Assembly (NCBI GenBank): GCA_963760615.1
Contig: CAVXDX010000003.1
Location: forward strand, 64,001-128,000
Length of the DNA: 64,000 nt
DNA from: an uncultured Candidatus Micrarchaeota archaeon
Lineage (GTDB): Archaea > Micrarchaeota > Micrarchaeia > Burarchaeales > Fermentimicrarchaeaceae
Reading direction: 5' to 3'
Within the stretch, counting starts at the first letter, position 1; the number at the start of each line of letters is the position of its first letter. The position numbers and the translations under genes were made by a program. Under the pieces are notes generated by a model that was given only the letters and a program-made list of their open reading frames with translations, made no database searches and had not been told where the DNA came from. Below are positions 27,843 through 37,356 of this stretch, piece by piece.

Positions 27843-28367
27843 ATGGACTTGCTTAATGACTTAAAATCTGGCCCGAATGTGCCTGATGAGATATATGTTG
27901 TGGTTGAAATTCCTAAAGGTAGCAGACATAAATACGAATATAAGGATGGTGCTTTCTTTCTGGATAGAGTTTTGTACTCAACATTGGTTCCAATGGGAGA
28001 CTATGGTTTAGTTCCCAGAACTCTCACTGGCGATGGTGACCCGTTGGATGTAGCAGTTCTGGTTGATCAGCCTTCATTTCCAGGTTGCGTTATAACCGCC
28101 AGGCCAATAGGCGTAATTATAACGCAGGATGAGAAAGGGGTCGATGACAAACTAATTGCGGTTCCAAGAGACGACCCTAGATACGCAGAAATCAAAAAGA
28201 TTGAGGATTTGCCCAAACACATACCAAAAGAGCTAGTGTTTTTCTTCCAGGAATATAAGAAATTGGAGCCGGGAAAATTCGTTAAGGTTGATAGAATTGG
28301 AGATGTGGAGGAAGCGAAAAAACTAGTCTTAGAGAGCATAAAAACATACGAGAATGCTAAAAAGTGA
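27843..28367 (+). CDS. ppa: Inorganic pyrophosphatase (family I), copy 1
   Basis: VEIPKGS..KYE, LDR, DGDPLDV, DDK motifs. Confidence 0.96.
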   Translation: MDLLNDLKSGPNVPDEIYVVVEIPKGSRHKYEYKDGAFFLDRVLYSTLVPMGDYGLVPRTLTGDGDPLDVAVLVDQPSFPGCVITARPIGVIITQDEKGVDDKLIAVPRDDPRYAEIKKIEDLPKHIPKELVFFFQEYKKLEPGKFVKVDRIGDVEEAKKLVLESIKTYENAKK

Positions 28368-28461
28368 AATTCTGCTCCTCTACAGCTAAATTGTATATTA
28401 GACAGGTAACGAATAACTTTATAAACAATTCAGTAGCATATTATACCACGGAGGGAGAAAA

Positions 28462-30207
28462 ATGGACGCAGAATTTCATGACCTTGTTAAAGCAAATGAA
28501 AAAAACCTTAGACTGAAACCGAACATGGATGACTACGATAAGGTTTACAAAAACTTTAAATGGGATGACGTAAAGAAAGAAGTTGTTTGGTTTGATGGAG
28601 GTAAAGTAAACATCGCCTACAATGCAATTGATAGGCATAGGGACACGTGGAGAAGGAATAAGGTGGCTCTCTACTGGGAAGGTGAGGATGGAAGGAGCGA
28701 GAAGTATACTTTTCTTGAACTTTCGAACCTCTCAAACAAATTTGCAAATGTTTTGAAGAAATACGGGCTTAAGAGGGGGGATAGGGCATTCATATTCCTC
28801 TCAAGAATCCCCCAAACTTACATTGCTTTTCTCGGAATATTAAAAGCGGGCGGAGTTGCGGGAACTCTTTTTGCTGCCTTTGGTCCTGATGCTTTGAAGG
28901 ATAGGTTGCTCAACAGCGAGGCAACATTTCTGATAACAAATGAGACCCTAAGGGAAAGGGTTGAGAAGGTCAGGAGCGAGCTTCCAGCATTGAAAAACAT
29001 CATAATTGTTGGAGGAAAGAACTTGAAGGAGGGAGAGATAAGCTACGAGGATGAGATGGCAAAAGCATCAAGGAATTTTGAAGTTGAGAAGATGGACCCC
29101 AATGAGCTTGCATTCATGCTTTACACCTCAGGTTCTACCGGCAAGCCTAAAGGAGTGATGCACACTCATGGAGGAATAATCCAGCAGCACATAACTGCAA
29201 AATGGGTTCTTGACTTGAAGGATGAAGATATCTACTGGTGCACATCAGACCCTGGCTGGATTACTGGAATCTCCTACAGCATAATCGGGAACTGGTCCAA
29301 TGGAGTTTCGACAGTTGTTTATGATGGTAGATTCGACCCAGACAAGTGGTATTCGCTGATTGAGAAATACCAAGTGAGCGTCTGGTACACCGCTCCAACT
29401 GCCTTGAGAATGCTCATGTCTGCCGGCGAAGAAGTTCCAAAGAAATATGACTTGAGCAGCCTGCGTTACATCTGCAGCGTTGGCGAGCCGCTAAACCCCG
29501 AGCCGATAAGGTGGGGCCACAAGGCATTCGGTCTGTGGATTCATGATACGTGGTGGCAGACAGAAACTGGAAGCATGTTGATATGCAACTACCCCAAAAT
29601 GGATATACATATTGGCTACATGGGAAAGCCCTTCCCAGGAATAGTTGCAGGGATAGTTGATGATAATGGAAACGAGTTAAAAGCAGGTGAGGAGGGAAAC
29701 CTTTCTCTAAGGCCTGGCTGGCCATCTCACTTCGTTGGAGTATGGAAGAATGATGAGAAATACAAATCATACTTCAAAAATGGCTGGTACATAACTGGCG
29801 ATACTGCAAAAATGGACCCGGACGGCTACTTCATATATGTTGGAAGAGCCGATGATGTAATCAAAACAGCTGGGGAGAGGGTAGGGCCGTTCGAGATTGA
29901 AAGCGCTCTGGTTGACCATCCAGCAGTTGCAGAGGCAGGAGTGATAGGCAAGCCAGACCCAGAAGGGATAAGGGGAGAGATAATAAAAGCATTCATAGTT
30001 CTTAGAAAGGGCCACACACCTTCAAAAGAGCTTGAGGATGACATAAGGAAATTCATAAAGGGCAAGCTTGCAGGCCACATGTATCCCAAGGAGATACAGT
30101 TCACTGACACCCTTCCAAGGACGCAGAGCGGAAAGATAATGAGAAGGGTGCTGAGAGCGCAGGAGCTCGGCCTTCCGACAGGGGACTTGTCAACAATAGA
30201 GAAATAA
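28462..30207 (+). CDS. acsA: Acetyl-CoA synthetase, AMP-forming
   Basis: YTSGSTGKPKG, SVGEPLNPE, DTWWQTETG, GRADDVI, SGKIMRR. Confidence 0.93.
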   Translation: MDAEFHDLVKANEKNLRLKPNMDDYDKVYKNFKWDDVKKEVVWFDGGKVNIAYNAIDRHRDTWRRNKVALYWEGEDGRSEKYTFLELSNLSNKFANVLKKYGLKRGDRAFIFLSRIPQTYIAFLGILKAGGVAGTLFAAFGPDALKDRLLNSEATFLITNETLRERVEKVRSELPALKNIIIVGGKNLKEGEISYEDEMAKASRNFEVEKMDPNELAFMLYTSGSTGKPKGVMHTHGGIIQQHITAKWVLDLKDEDIYWCTSDPGWITGISYSIIGNWSNGVSTVVYDGRFDPDKWYSLIEKYQVSVWYTAPTALRMLMSAGEEVPKKYDLSSLRYICSVGEPLNPEPIRWGHKAFGLWIHDTWWQTETGSMLICNYPKMDIHIGYMGKPFPGIVAGIVDDNGNELKAGEEGNLSLRPGWPSHFVGVWKNDEKYKSYFKNGWYITGDTAKMDPDGYFIYVGRADDVIKTAGERVGPFEIESALVDHPAVAEAGVIGKPDPEGIRGEIIKAFIVLRKGHTPSKELEDDIRKFIKGKLAGHMYPKEIQFTDTLPRTQSGKIMRRVLRAQELGLPTGDLSTIEK

Positions 30208-30215
30208 GTTTTTTA

Positions 30216-31586
30216 CTATTTTTTATTCATAAATTTTGAGTAGTCCACAAGCTCCCTAAGTGCCTTAATTGCAGATGATGTTGACGTGTAGGTTGGTAAG
30301 CCGCAGTTTTCCAGTATCCTGCTATGGACCTCAGCATATTCCCCGCCAGGGCATACCACCAGTATTGGCTTCTTCTTCAGGTTTGATGCCTCCACGAGCA
30401 TGCTGACAACTCTTGAGTCAATGCTTTCTGTCTGGAATAGCACCCCAACCAGAATGGAATCCACATTCGGGTCACCAAGCATGGCCTCCATGGCAATTTC
30501 AAACCGGTCTGCGCCAGCATCCCCGCTCAAATCAAGCGGATTCTTAACGTTCACATACGCAGGGACTTTCTCGCTTATTGCTGCCTTGCTTCCTTCGCTC
30601 AGTTCAGCAATCTTTAACCCGTTTTCCTCAACGCTGTCTGCTGCAATCACTGCCAAACCTCCCCCGTTCGTTATTACACCAACTCTCTCACCGCTGCAGA
30701 ATGGCTGGGATTCAAACAGCTTTGAGAAATTGAATATTTCATCCAGATTCTTTGCCTCGGTTGCCCTGCACTGCTCGAACACCGCCTCGTAGACAGCAGC
30801 ATTGCCTGCTAGGGAGCCTGTGTGGGATTTTGTTGCAACTGCGCCCACAGTGGTTTTCCCCCCCTTCAGCACAACTACCGGCTTTTTTTTGGTGACTTCC
30901 TTCAATGTCTCAAAGAACTCCCTCCCCCTTTTCACCCCCTCTATGTAAAGCACTATTATCCTAGTCCTCTCGTCATCTGCTATGTACCTCAACAGGTCAG
31001 TCTCATCAAGTGCAGCAGCATTGCCGTAGGAAACGAATTTTGACATTCCAAACCCCTGCCTTGCCATCAAATCAAGCACCGCGCCTCCAATAGCGCCGCT
31101 CTGGCTTATGAAGCTCACTCCTCCAAGCTTCGGCCTGCCCATCTTGTATGTTGGTATGAAAACACTGTCAACTCTTGTCAACGGGTTTATCACTCCCATG
31201 CAGTTTGGCCCAAGGCATGCAATATTGTACTTGATAGCTATCTCCCTCAGCTCGTTCTCAAGTGCAATGTTCCCAACCTCCGCGAATCCCCCGCTTATAA
31301 CTATCGCACCCTTGACCCCTTTCTCACCGCACTCTCTCAGCGCATCCGGCACAAGTTTTGCAGGTATGGATATGACTGCAAGATCAACCTTTTCCTTTAT
31401 TTTCCCCACGCTGGGATAGCACTTCAAGCCCAGAATCTCTTCGCTCTTCGGGTTTACCGGGTATATCTTACCCCTAAAACCCCCTTCTATGAAATTCCTG
31501 AGCAGCACATGCCCTATTTTGCCTGGGTCTCTGGAAGCCCCTATTATTGCAACGCTGCTTGGGTTGAAAAGCACATCTACATTCAA
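30216..31586 (-). CDS. acdA: Acetate--CoA ligase (ADP-forming) alpha subunit
   Basis: AIIGAS, YPVNP, GPNCMG, SQSG, SHTGSLAG phospho-His, TNGGG, NPLDL; TTG start overlaps the acdB TGA. Confidence 0.95.
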   Translation of the reverse strand: MNVDVLFNPSSVAIIGASRDPGKIGHVLLRNFIEGGFRGKIYPVNPKSEEILGLKCYPSVGKIKEKVDLAVISIPAKLVPDALRECGEKGVKGAIVISGGFAEVGNIALENELREIAIKYNIACLGPNCMGVINPLTRVDSVFIPTYKMGRPKLGGVSFISQSGAIGGAVLDLMARQGFGMSKFVSYGNAAALDETDLLRYIADDERTRIIVLYIEGVKRGREFFETLKEVTKKKPVVVLKGGKTTVGAVATKSHTGSLAGNAAVYEAVFEQCRATEAKNLDEIFNFSKLFESQPFCSGERVGVITNGGGLAVIAADSVEENGLKIAELSEGSKAAISEKVPAYVNVKNPLDLSGDAGADRFEIAMEAMLGDPNVDSILVGVLFQTESIDSRVVSMLVEASNLKKKPILVVCPGGEYAEVHSRILENCGLPTYTSTSSAIKALRELVDYSKFMNKK

Positions 31587-32200
31587 GGCAACACCCTCAC
31601 ATCCACTACGCAATAGCCGTCTTTGTAAGCTATCACGGGGTTCAAATCCATCTCATCTACCCCAGCATTCTCAGTGAGGAGCTTTGAAACTTTCTGCAGC
31701 AGAGAGGCAATCGCATCGATATCGACAGGTTCTGTGCCTCTTGCTCCCGTAAGCAGCTGATATGCCCTCATCTCCCTTATCATTTCCAATGCATCGTTTC
31801 CATCTATGGGGCAGACTCTCAGCGAGAAATCCCTGAAAGCCTCAACAAATATCCCCCCAAGCCCGAAGAGAATGACCGGTCCGAACTGTTCATCCCTTCT
31901 TCCTCCGATAATTAGCTCCACACCAGGTCTCGTCATCCTCTGGACAATGACTCCCTCAACCTTCACCCCCCCTGCGTTTGAGAGGATTTCCGCATAAGCC
32001 TTTCTTAGCGAGTCCTCATCCTTGATATTAAGCTTCACGCATCCCTTGTCCGACTTGTGCAGTATCTCATTCGATAGTACTTTAAGGGCAACAGGATATC
32101 TTGCAGCCTTGATAGCTTCGTCAACATTTTCCACAACGCTGCTTTCTGCAAAATTTATATCATATTTTTTAATTAGCGCGATGGCGTCGGCATGTTCCAT
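31583..32200 (-). CDS. acdB: Acetate--CoA ligase (ADP-forming) beta subunit
   Basis: YPVALK, HKSDKG, FGPVILFGLGGIFVE, EMDLNP. Confidence 0.95.
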   Translation of the reverse strand: MEHADAIALIKKYDINFAESSVVENVDEAIKAARYPVALKVLSNEILHKSDKGCVKLNIKDEDSLRKAYAEILSNAGGVKVEGVIVQRMTRPGVELIIGGRRDEQFGPVILFGLGGIFVEAFRDFSLRVCPIDGNDALEMIREMRAYQLLTGARGTEPVDIDAIASLLQKVSKLLTENAGVDEMDLNPVIAYKDGYCVVDVRVLP

Positions 32201-32209
32201 TCTAACAAC

Positions 32210-32932
32210 CTACTTCTTAAAAATGAGATATAAAGCAGCCAATATGCATACTACAACTATCAAAGCACCTACAACATAGACTGCCAGCTGCATTGGATGC
32301 TTCCTGAGATTCTCCATGTAATACTCCATCTTAGCCTTCCTCTTTGTAGCGCTATCGAGAGTTACGGGACCTGCAGGCGCAGGCGGCATCTCAGGTGCAG
32401 CAGGTGCTGGCGGAGCAACCGCCTCGGCAGGTGCGCTCTCCCCTGTGACTACTATCTGCTCCTCTGGAGTCTTCTCGCTCTTTATGGAGCCGACTTTCTT
32501 GAACCCATCCTCAGTAATGCTCAAGCTTATCTTGATATTCCTTATGGAATAGCTCACCAAATCCTGTTTCACAAGCTTGTGTATGCGCAGCGCCAGATCG
32601 CCGCTCCTTATGTTGAGTTCGTTTTTAATCTCCTCCGGGTCTTTATGCCCAGCAACTATCTTCTGGAGTATTGCCAAGTCCAGCTCATCAACTGCCTCCT
32701 TCGCCTTCTCATCCGCCACCTCAAGCATTCTGGCTCCGACCTCCGTTACCTCCACCTCGCTGTTCCCAAAGTGGCTAGTCTTGAAGTCTATGTACCCCTT
32801 CTGCTTCACAGTGGCAAGAACATTTGCGGATTCAAAGAATTGTGAGTTTATCTTTGGGCCGAACTTCTCCATCACTGTGCCTGGCTCTATTCTCTGCAGT
32901 ATAACCAAGTCCGTAAAAGTTAGCTCTTCCAC
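32210..32932 (-). CDS. Hypothetical protein: tandem winged-helix domains, Pro/Ala linker, C-terminal TM anchor
   Basis: Two MarR-like repeats (DLxIL ... L.KxG/D(Y/L)(I/V) ... T.xG); APAEAVAPPAPAAPEMPP linker; hydrophobic tail ending in KK. Confidence 0.65.
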   Translation of the reverse strand: MEELTFTDLVILQRIEPGTVMEKFGPKINSQFFESANVLATVKQKGYIDFKTSHFGNSEVEVTEVGARMLEVADEKAKEAVDELDLAILQKIVAGHKDPEEIKNELNIRSGDLALRIHKLVKQDLVSYSIRNIKISLSITEDGFKKVGSIKSEKTPEEQIVVTGESAPAEAVAPPAPAAPEMPPAPAGPVTLDSATKRKAKMEYYMENLRKHPMQLAVYVVGALIVVVCILAALYLIFKK

Positions 32933-33066
32933 GATAAGCTTTTTCTATTTAACTTTTAAATAGTTATTGGTCAACTACCACCTACTATTAACTATTAAAT
33001 ATTGTGCAGTATATCTAAATATAGACGAAGGAACTAATGAATCATACAATTTAAAAGAGGTAAAAA

Positions 33067-34311
33067 GTGATGAAGTTTAGTTTTCTTGGGGGCGCCGGAG
33101 AGGTTGGCAGGTCTGCTTACCTCATTGAGGACAAAAAAAGGCTCCTTCTTGAATATGGAATAAAACTGCACCAGCGAACAGAATACCCCTTGCCATTTCA
33201 GGGCTTTATTGACTATTCAATAATCTCCCATGCGCACCTTGACCACTCCGGCTTTATACCTGCAATATACGAATACTGCTCGCCTCCGTGCATAGCAACC
33301 TACCCCACCCAGGCTCTCAGTACCCTGCTGGTAAAGGATTCCATAAAAGTCCAGAGAATGAAGAAGCAGAAGGTGAATTTCTCAGGCAACAGCTTCAGGA
33401 AGATGCTGAGCAACTTCATACCACTACCCTACGGGCAGAGCTTCTCCCTTTCAGATGGCATGTCACTGACTTTCACAGATGCAGGTCATATTCCCGGCAG
33501 TGCGATAAGCACAATACAGATTGGCGGTAAAAAGGTTGTCTACACAGGTGATTTCAAGCTCGGCGATACGTGGATGCACAAGGGAGCCGAGTGCGTGGAG
33601 GAATGCGATGTTCTGCTCATAGAGAGCACCTACTCCCAGAGGGAGCATCCTGACAGGAAAAAACTTGAGGAGGAGTTCTACTCGGAAGTAACCTCTGTGC
33701 TGGAGAGGGGCGGAAACGCCCTTCTGCCCTGTTTTGCGGTTGGTAGGAGCCAGGAAATCATTCAAATGCTGCGATATTTTGATGAGGACATGAAGATATT
33801 CTTTGATGGTATGGCGCAGACTGCCTCTGAGATAATGCTTGATTACCCAAGCTACATGCGGGATGCAAGATACCTAGCAAACTGCCTCAGGACAGCGGAG
33901 TGGGTGAGCAGCCCTGGTCAGAGAAGAAAAGCTCTCTCAAAACCAAGCGTTATAATCTCTCCGGCAGGAATGCTCGAAGGAGGGCCATCTCTGAAGTATG
34001 CACTTGGTTTAAATGAAGAGTCCGAAATAATACTTACGGGCTTCCAGGTGCCTGGCACAAACGGACAGATGCTTATGGACCAGCACAAGATGAGGGTTAA
34101 CGGGATAGTGCATGATGTGAAGGCCCTCGTAAAATACTTTGATTTCAGCGCCCATGCCTCAAGATCAGATTTATTCAGGTTTGTTGAGAGAGCATCTCCA
34201 GAGAAAATATTCTGCGTGCACGGTGATACCTGCCGGGAGTTTGCTGAGGAGCTCCGAGCAAAAGGTTATGATGCTGTTGCTCCCGCCAATGGAGAGTCGT
34301 TCGTGGTTTAG
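33067..34311 (+). CDS. Metallo-beta-lactamase beta-CASP ribonuclease (aCPSF-like)
   Basis: SHAHLDHSG, AGHIPGS, YTGD, ESTY, FSAHA, VHGD. Confidence 0.93.
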   Translation: MMKFSFLGGAGEVGRSAYLIEDKKRLLLEYGIKLHQRTEYPLPFQGFIDYSIISHAHLDHSGFIPAIYEYCSPPCIATYPTQALSTLLVKDSIKVQRMKKQKVNFSGNSFRKMLSNFIPLPYGQSFSLSDGMSLTFTDAGHIPGSAISTIQIGGKKVVYTGDFKLGDTWMHKGAECVEECDVLLIESTYSQREHPDRKKLEEEFYSEVTSVLERGGNALLPCFAVGRSQEIIQMLRYFDEDMKIFFDGMAQTASEIMLDYPSYMRDARYLANCLRTAEWVSSPGQRRKALSKPSVIISPAGMLEGGPSLKYALGLNEESEIILTGFQVPGTNGQMLMDQHKMRVNGIVHDVKALVKYFDFSAHASRSDLFRFVERASPEKIFCVHGDTCREFAEELRAKGYDAVAPANGESFVV

Positions 34312-34319
34312 GTGGTCTG

Positions 34320-35468
34320 ATGGAAATATGCATGCTTGACCCGCTCTTCTACCCATACTTCGGAGGCACTGAAAAGGTAGTCTACGAGTTCGGCAAGCGG
34401 CTCGCCAGGAAGCACGGAATAAGCATACTCACATCTCGCATACCAGGTACCCCTCCCTATGAGGAAATTGAGGGCATGAAGGTATACCGAACCCCGTGCA
34501 TATACCTGAAGAACCTCCCATCGTTCATGCCTCCCCCTTATACAATTTCCCCTTTTCTTCCAAGAGACATACTGAAGAGGTCTGAGGCTGACATCTTTCA
34601 CATCCACTGCAGGTATTTCTACTACCTGGAAACGCTCATCCCGATAAAGTACATCATGCGGAAGAAGCTGATGCTCACTCTCCACAATGCCAAGCCAGAG
34701 GGCATATCATTCATGACTGACAAGTCCGCTGCCCTTTACGACATGGTTTGGGGTTACCGCATAATGGAGAACTGCGACAGGATAGCTGCGGTGAGCAGGT
34801 ACACCAAAGAGGTGACTGTTCCCAGCTACCTCCAGCGCAATACCGAGGTGGTATACAACGGGGTTGATGAGAAACGTTTCAAGCCAAGGAAGGACAGCCC
34901 GGTTAGAGAAAAATTCATAGCTGGAGAAGGGCCGCTTCTCTTGACAAATGGGAGGCTGGTGCAGCAGAAAGGGATGCACCACCTCATAGAGGCCCTCTAC
35001 ATGCTCAAAAAATACTTCAAGAATGCAAAACTGATAATCATAGGGAAAGGACCTCTGAAGGATGAGCTTGCCAGCCAGTGCTTCAGGCTCGGGGTGCAGG
35101 ATTCAGTCACTTTCGTGACAGGCATACCGGAGGAAGAGCTTCCGCTCTACTACAACGCTGCAGATCTTTTCGTTCTGCCAACCCTCTGGGAGCCTTCTGC
35201 AGTTGTGCTTTACGAAGCGCTTGCGTCAGGCAAGGCAATAGTAACCACCAAGGTTGGGGGGAACCCTGAGATAGTGAGCGGCAAGTGCGGGATGCTTGTT
35301 CCACCGCGCAACCCGGCAGCGCTATGTGAAAAGATGAAGCTTCTGCTTGAGGATGACCAGCTCAGGAAAAGAATGGAGAAAAACTCAAGGGATAGGGCAG
35401 TTGAGAATTTTACTTGGGATATTGCCGCTAAGAGGTATGAGAGCATATACCGGCGCATTCTCTCATAG
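34320..35468 (+). CDS. Glycosyltransferase family 4
   Basis: GGTE, NGVD, GRLVQQKG, E...VVLYEALASG. Confidence 0.92.
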   Translation: MEICMLDPLFYPYFGGTEKVVYEFGKRLARKHGISILTSRIPGTPPYEEIEGMKVYRTPCIYLKNLPSFMPPPYTISPFLPRDILKRSEADIFHIHCRYFYYLETLIPIKYIMRKKLMLTLHNAKPEGISFMTDKSAALYDMVWGYRIMENCDRIAAVSRYTKEVTVPSYLQRNTEVVYNGVDEKRFKPRKDSPVREKFIAGEGPLLLTNGRLVQQKGMHHLIEALYMLKKYFKNAKLIIIGKGPLKDELASQCFRLGVQDSVTFVTGIPEEELPLYYNAADLFVLPTLWEPSAVVLYEALASGKAIVTTKVGGNPEIVSGKCGMLVPPRNPAALCEKMKLLLEDDQLRKRMEKNSRDRAVENFTWDIAAKRYESIYRRILS

Positions 35469-36167
35469 TCACTTGTAAAACTTGTACTCATCCGAAGTTC
35501 CTTTTTTAAGTATGTACAGATCAATATATGCCTTCCAGTAGTGCAAAGTTTCCCTCACATAACCTGCCTTCTCAAATCTCCTTGTCGAAGTGACAACAAC
35601 CAGGGATGGGTCAAAGACTACCCTGCCAAGCTTCTTAATTCTGTTTGGGAATTCATTGTCATCCAGCGTCCTGATTTTCTCGTTATACCCCCCAGCCTTC
35701 TCATAGGCATCCCTCCTGAATGAGGAATTTGACCCCTGGAATACCATGAAGTTTAGCAACTTGGCAAGCCTCGGGAAGTAGTTCGTTGTAACCTTGAAGA
35801 TGAGCCTGTGCTTGAGCTTGTTCTCGGCAGGCGCTATAGGTCCGCCAACTGCAACAACATCCCTGTCCTCAAAATGCTTTGCTATCTTTGCCAGCCAATC
35901 TGAAGGGTATGCAGAATCTCCGTCTGTGTGGACAACAATATCACCTTTGGATTCCCTCACCCCGCGGTTTCTTGCAAGGGGGACTCCCCTCCTCGGCTCG
36001 TAGATGACCCTGCCCTTGTATTTTTTTATTATCTCCAAAGTCCCGTCAGTGCTTCCTGAGTCAACTACCACTATCTCAAAATCCTTGAATGTCTGCCTGC
36101 TGAGCGACTTCATGCACCTTGAAATGACCTTGCCCTCATTCAGAGTTGGGATTATCACGGATATCAT
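35469..36167 (-). CDS. Glycosyltransferase family 2
   Basis: ISVIIPTLNE, VVVDSGSTDGT, ARNRG, DGD. Confidence 0.92.
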   Translation of the reverse strand: MISVIIPTLNEGKVISRCMKSLSRQTFKDFEIVVVDSGSTDGTLEIIKKYKGRVIYEPRRGVPLARNRGVRESKGDIVVHTDGDSAYPSDWLAKIAKHFEDRDVVAVGGPIAPAENKLKHRLIFKVTTNYFPRLAKLLNFMVFQGSNSSFRRDAYEKAGGYNEKIRTLDDNEFPNRIKKLGRVVFDPSLVVVTSTRRFEKAGYVRETLHYWKAYIDLYILKKGTSDEYKFYK

Positions 36168-37306
36168 AATACCATCTTCTCGTAAAGCTTCACCATCCTG
36201 GTTGCGCAATTCTCAATGGAGAACTCCTCTGCACTCTTCCTTGCATTCCCACTCAGCTCCTTGCCCTTCTTCAATGCCTTTATAATCTTCTCGGCGCATT
36301 CCTCGGGGTCATCCGGGTTGAACTTGTAGCCGTTGTAATCCTCCCTTATTATCTCTTTCAGAGCAAGGTAGTCCGCTCCAACAACTGGCTTGCCGCTTGC
36401 CATTGCCTCTTGGACTACTATACCCTGGGTTTCGAATTTGGAAGGTATTACGAAGACATCTGCAGCCGCATAGACCAGAGGTATCTTGTCAGGAGGGATG
36501 ACCTCATTCACGAAGTGGAACCACTTTCCAACCCCGGTTTTGCCTACAAGCTTCTTGTAGTAGCTGAATGCCGGCCCCTCGCCGACTATGACAAATCTTG
36601 CATCTGAGAATTCCTCAAGCACTATGAGTGAGGATTTTATGAGAACATCCAGATTCTTTTCAAGCACAAGCCTCCCAACATTGAGGATAATTTTATTCTT
36701 CTCCATGCACCACTCCTTCCTTATGGCACTTCCGTCATTATCAGGATTGAACTTCTTTATGTCTATGCCAGTTGGTATGACATATATGCCCGTAAGCCCC
36801 CTCTCCTCAAGCATCTCCTTTATGACCACGCTTGGCGCCACTACTGCACTGCATTGGTTGTAGTACCACTCCAGATACCTCCAAGTGAACCTCTCCATCA
36901 TCCCCTTGACAAACCTGGCATTGGATATGTAATGGGTTGCCTGGGTAACTAGAGTGTGGAAGGTGCTCACCAGGGGGAGCTTGTTGCTCTTTGCTGCCTC
37001 AACAGCTGCGAGCCCCATAGTTGCCATCCCGTGGGAGTGGATTATATTTATCCCAAGCTCCTTTACTTTTTTCTGGGAAGTGAATGGAAACAGCGCTATC
37101 CTATACATGGGGTACGGCCTAAAGGGGGTTGAGGTATAGTAAAACACCCTCTTATCCCTGTTCTCTCTTTTTGCTTTCCTGTCGCCTGCTGCAAAAATAT
37201 ACACCTCATGCCCCATGTCCTCAAGCGCATTCTTGAATATAAGTATTGAAGTGACCACACCGTCCTTGTTTGGCAGGTAGGTCTCCGTGTAGTATGCAAT
37301 TTTCAT
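36164..37306 (-). CDS. Glycosyltransferase family 4
   Basis: ETYLPNKDGVVTS, PTGID, GRLVLEKN, ETQGIVVQEAMASG. Confidence 0.93.
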   Translation of the reverse strand: MKIAYYTETYLPNKDGVVTSILIFKNALEDMGHEVYIFAAGDRKAKRENRDKRVFYYTSTPFRPYPMYRIALFPFTSQKKVKELGINIIHSHGMATMGLAAVEAAKSNKLPLVSTFHTLVTQATHYISNARFVKGMMERFTWRYLEWYYNQCSAVVAPSVVIKEMLEERGLTGIYVIPTGIDIKKFNPDNDGSAIRKEWCMEKNKIILNVGRLVLEKNLDVLIKSSLIVLEEFSDARFVIVGEGPAFSYYKKLVGKTGVGKWFHFVNEVIPPDKIPLVYAAADVFVIPSKFETQGIVVQEAMASGKPVVGADYLALKEIIREDYNGYKFNPDDPEECAEKIIKALKKGKELSGNARKSAEEFSIENCATRMVKLYEKMVL

Positions 37307-37356
37307 GTTTTCCAATATGCCGATTAGGGTATTTATTAATTTCATTGGATCTGTTC

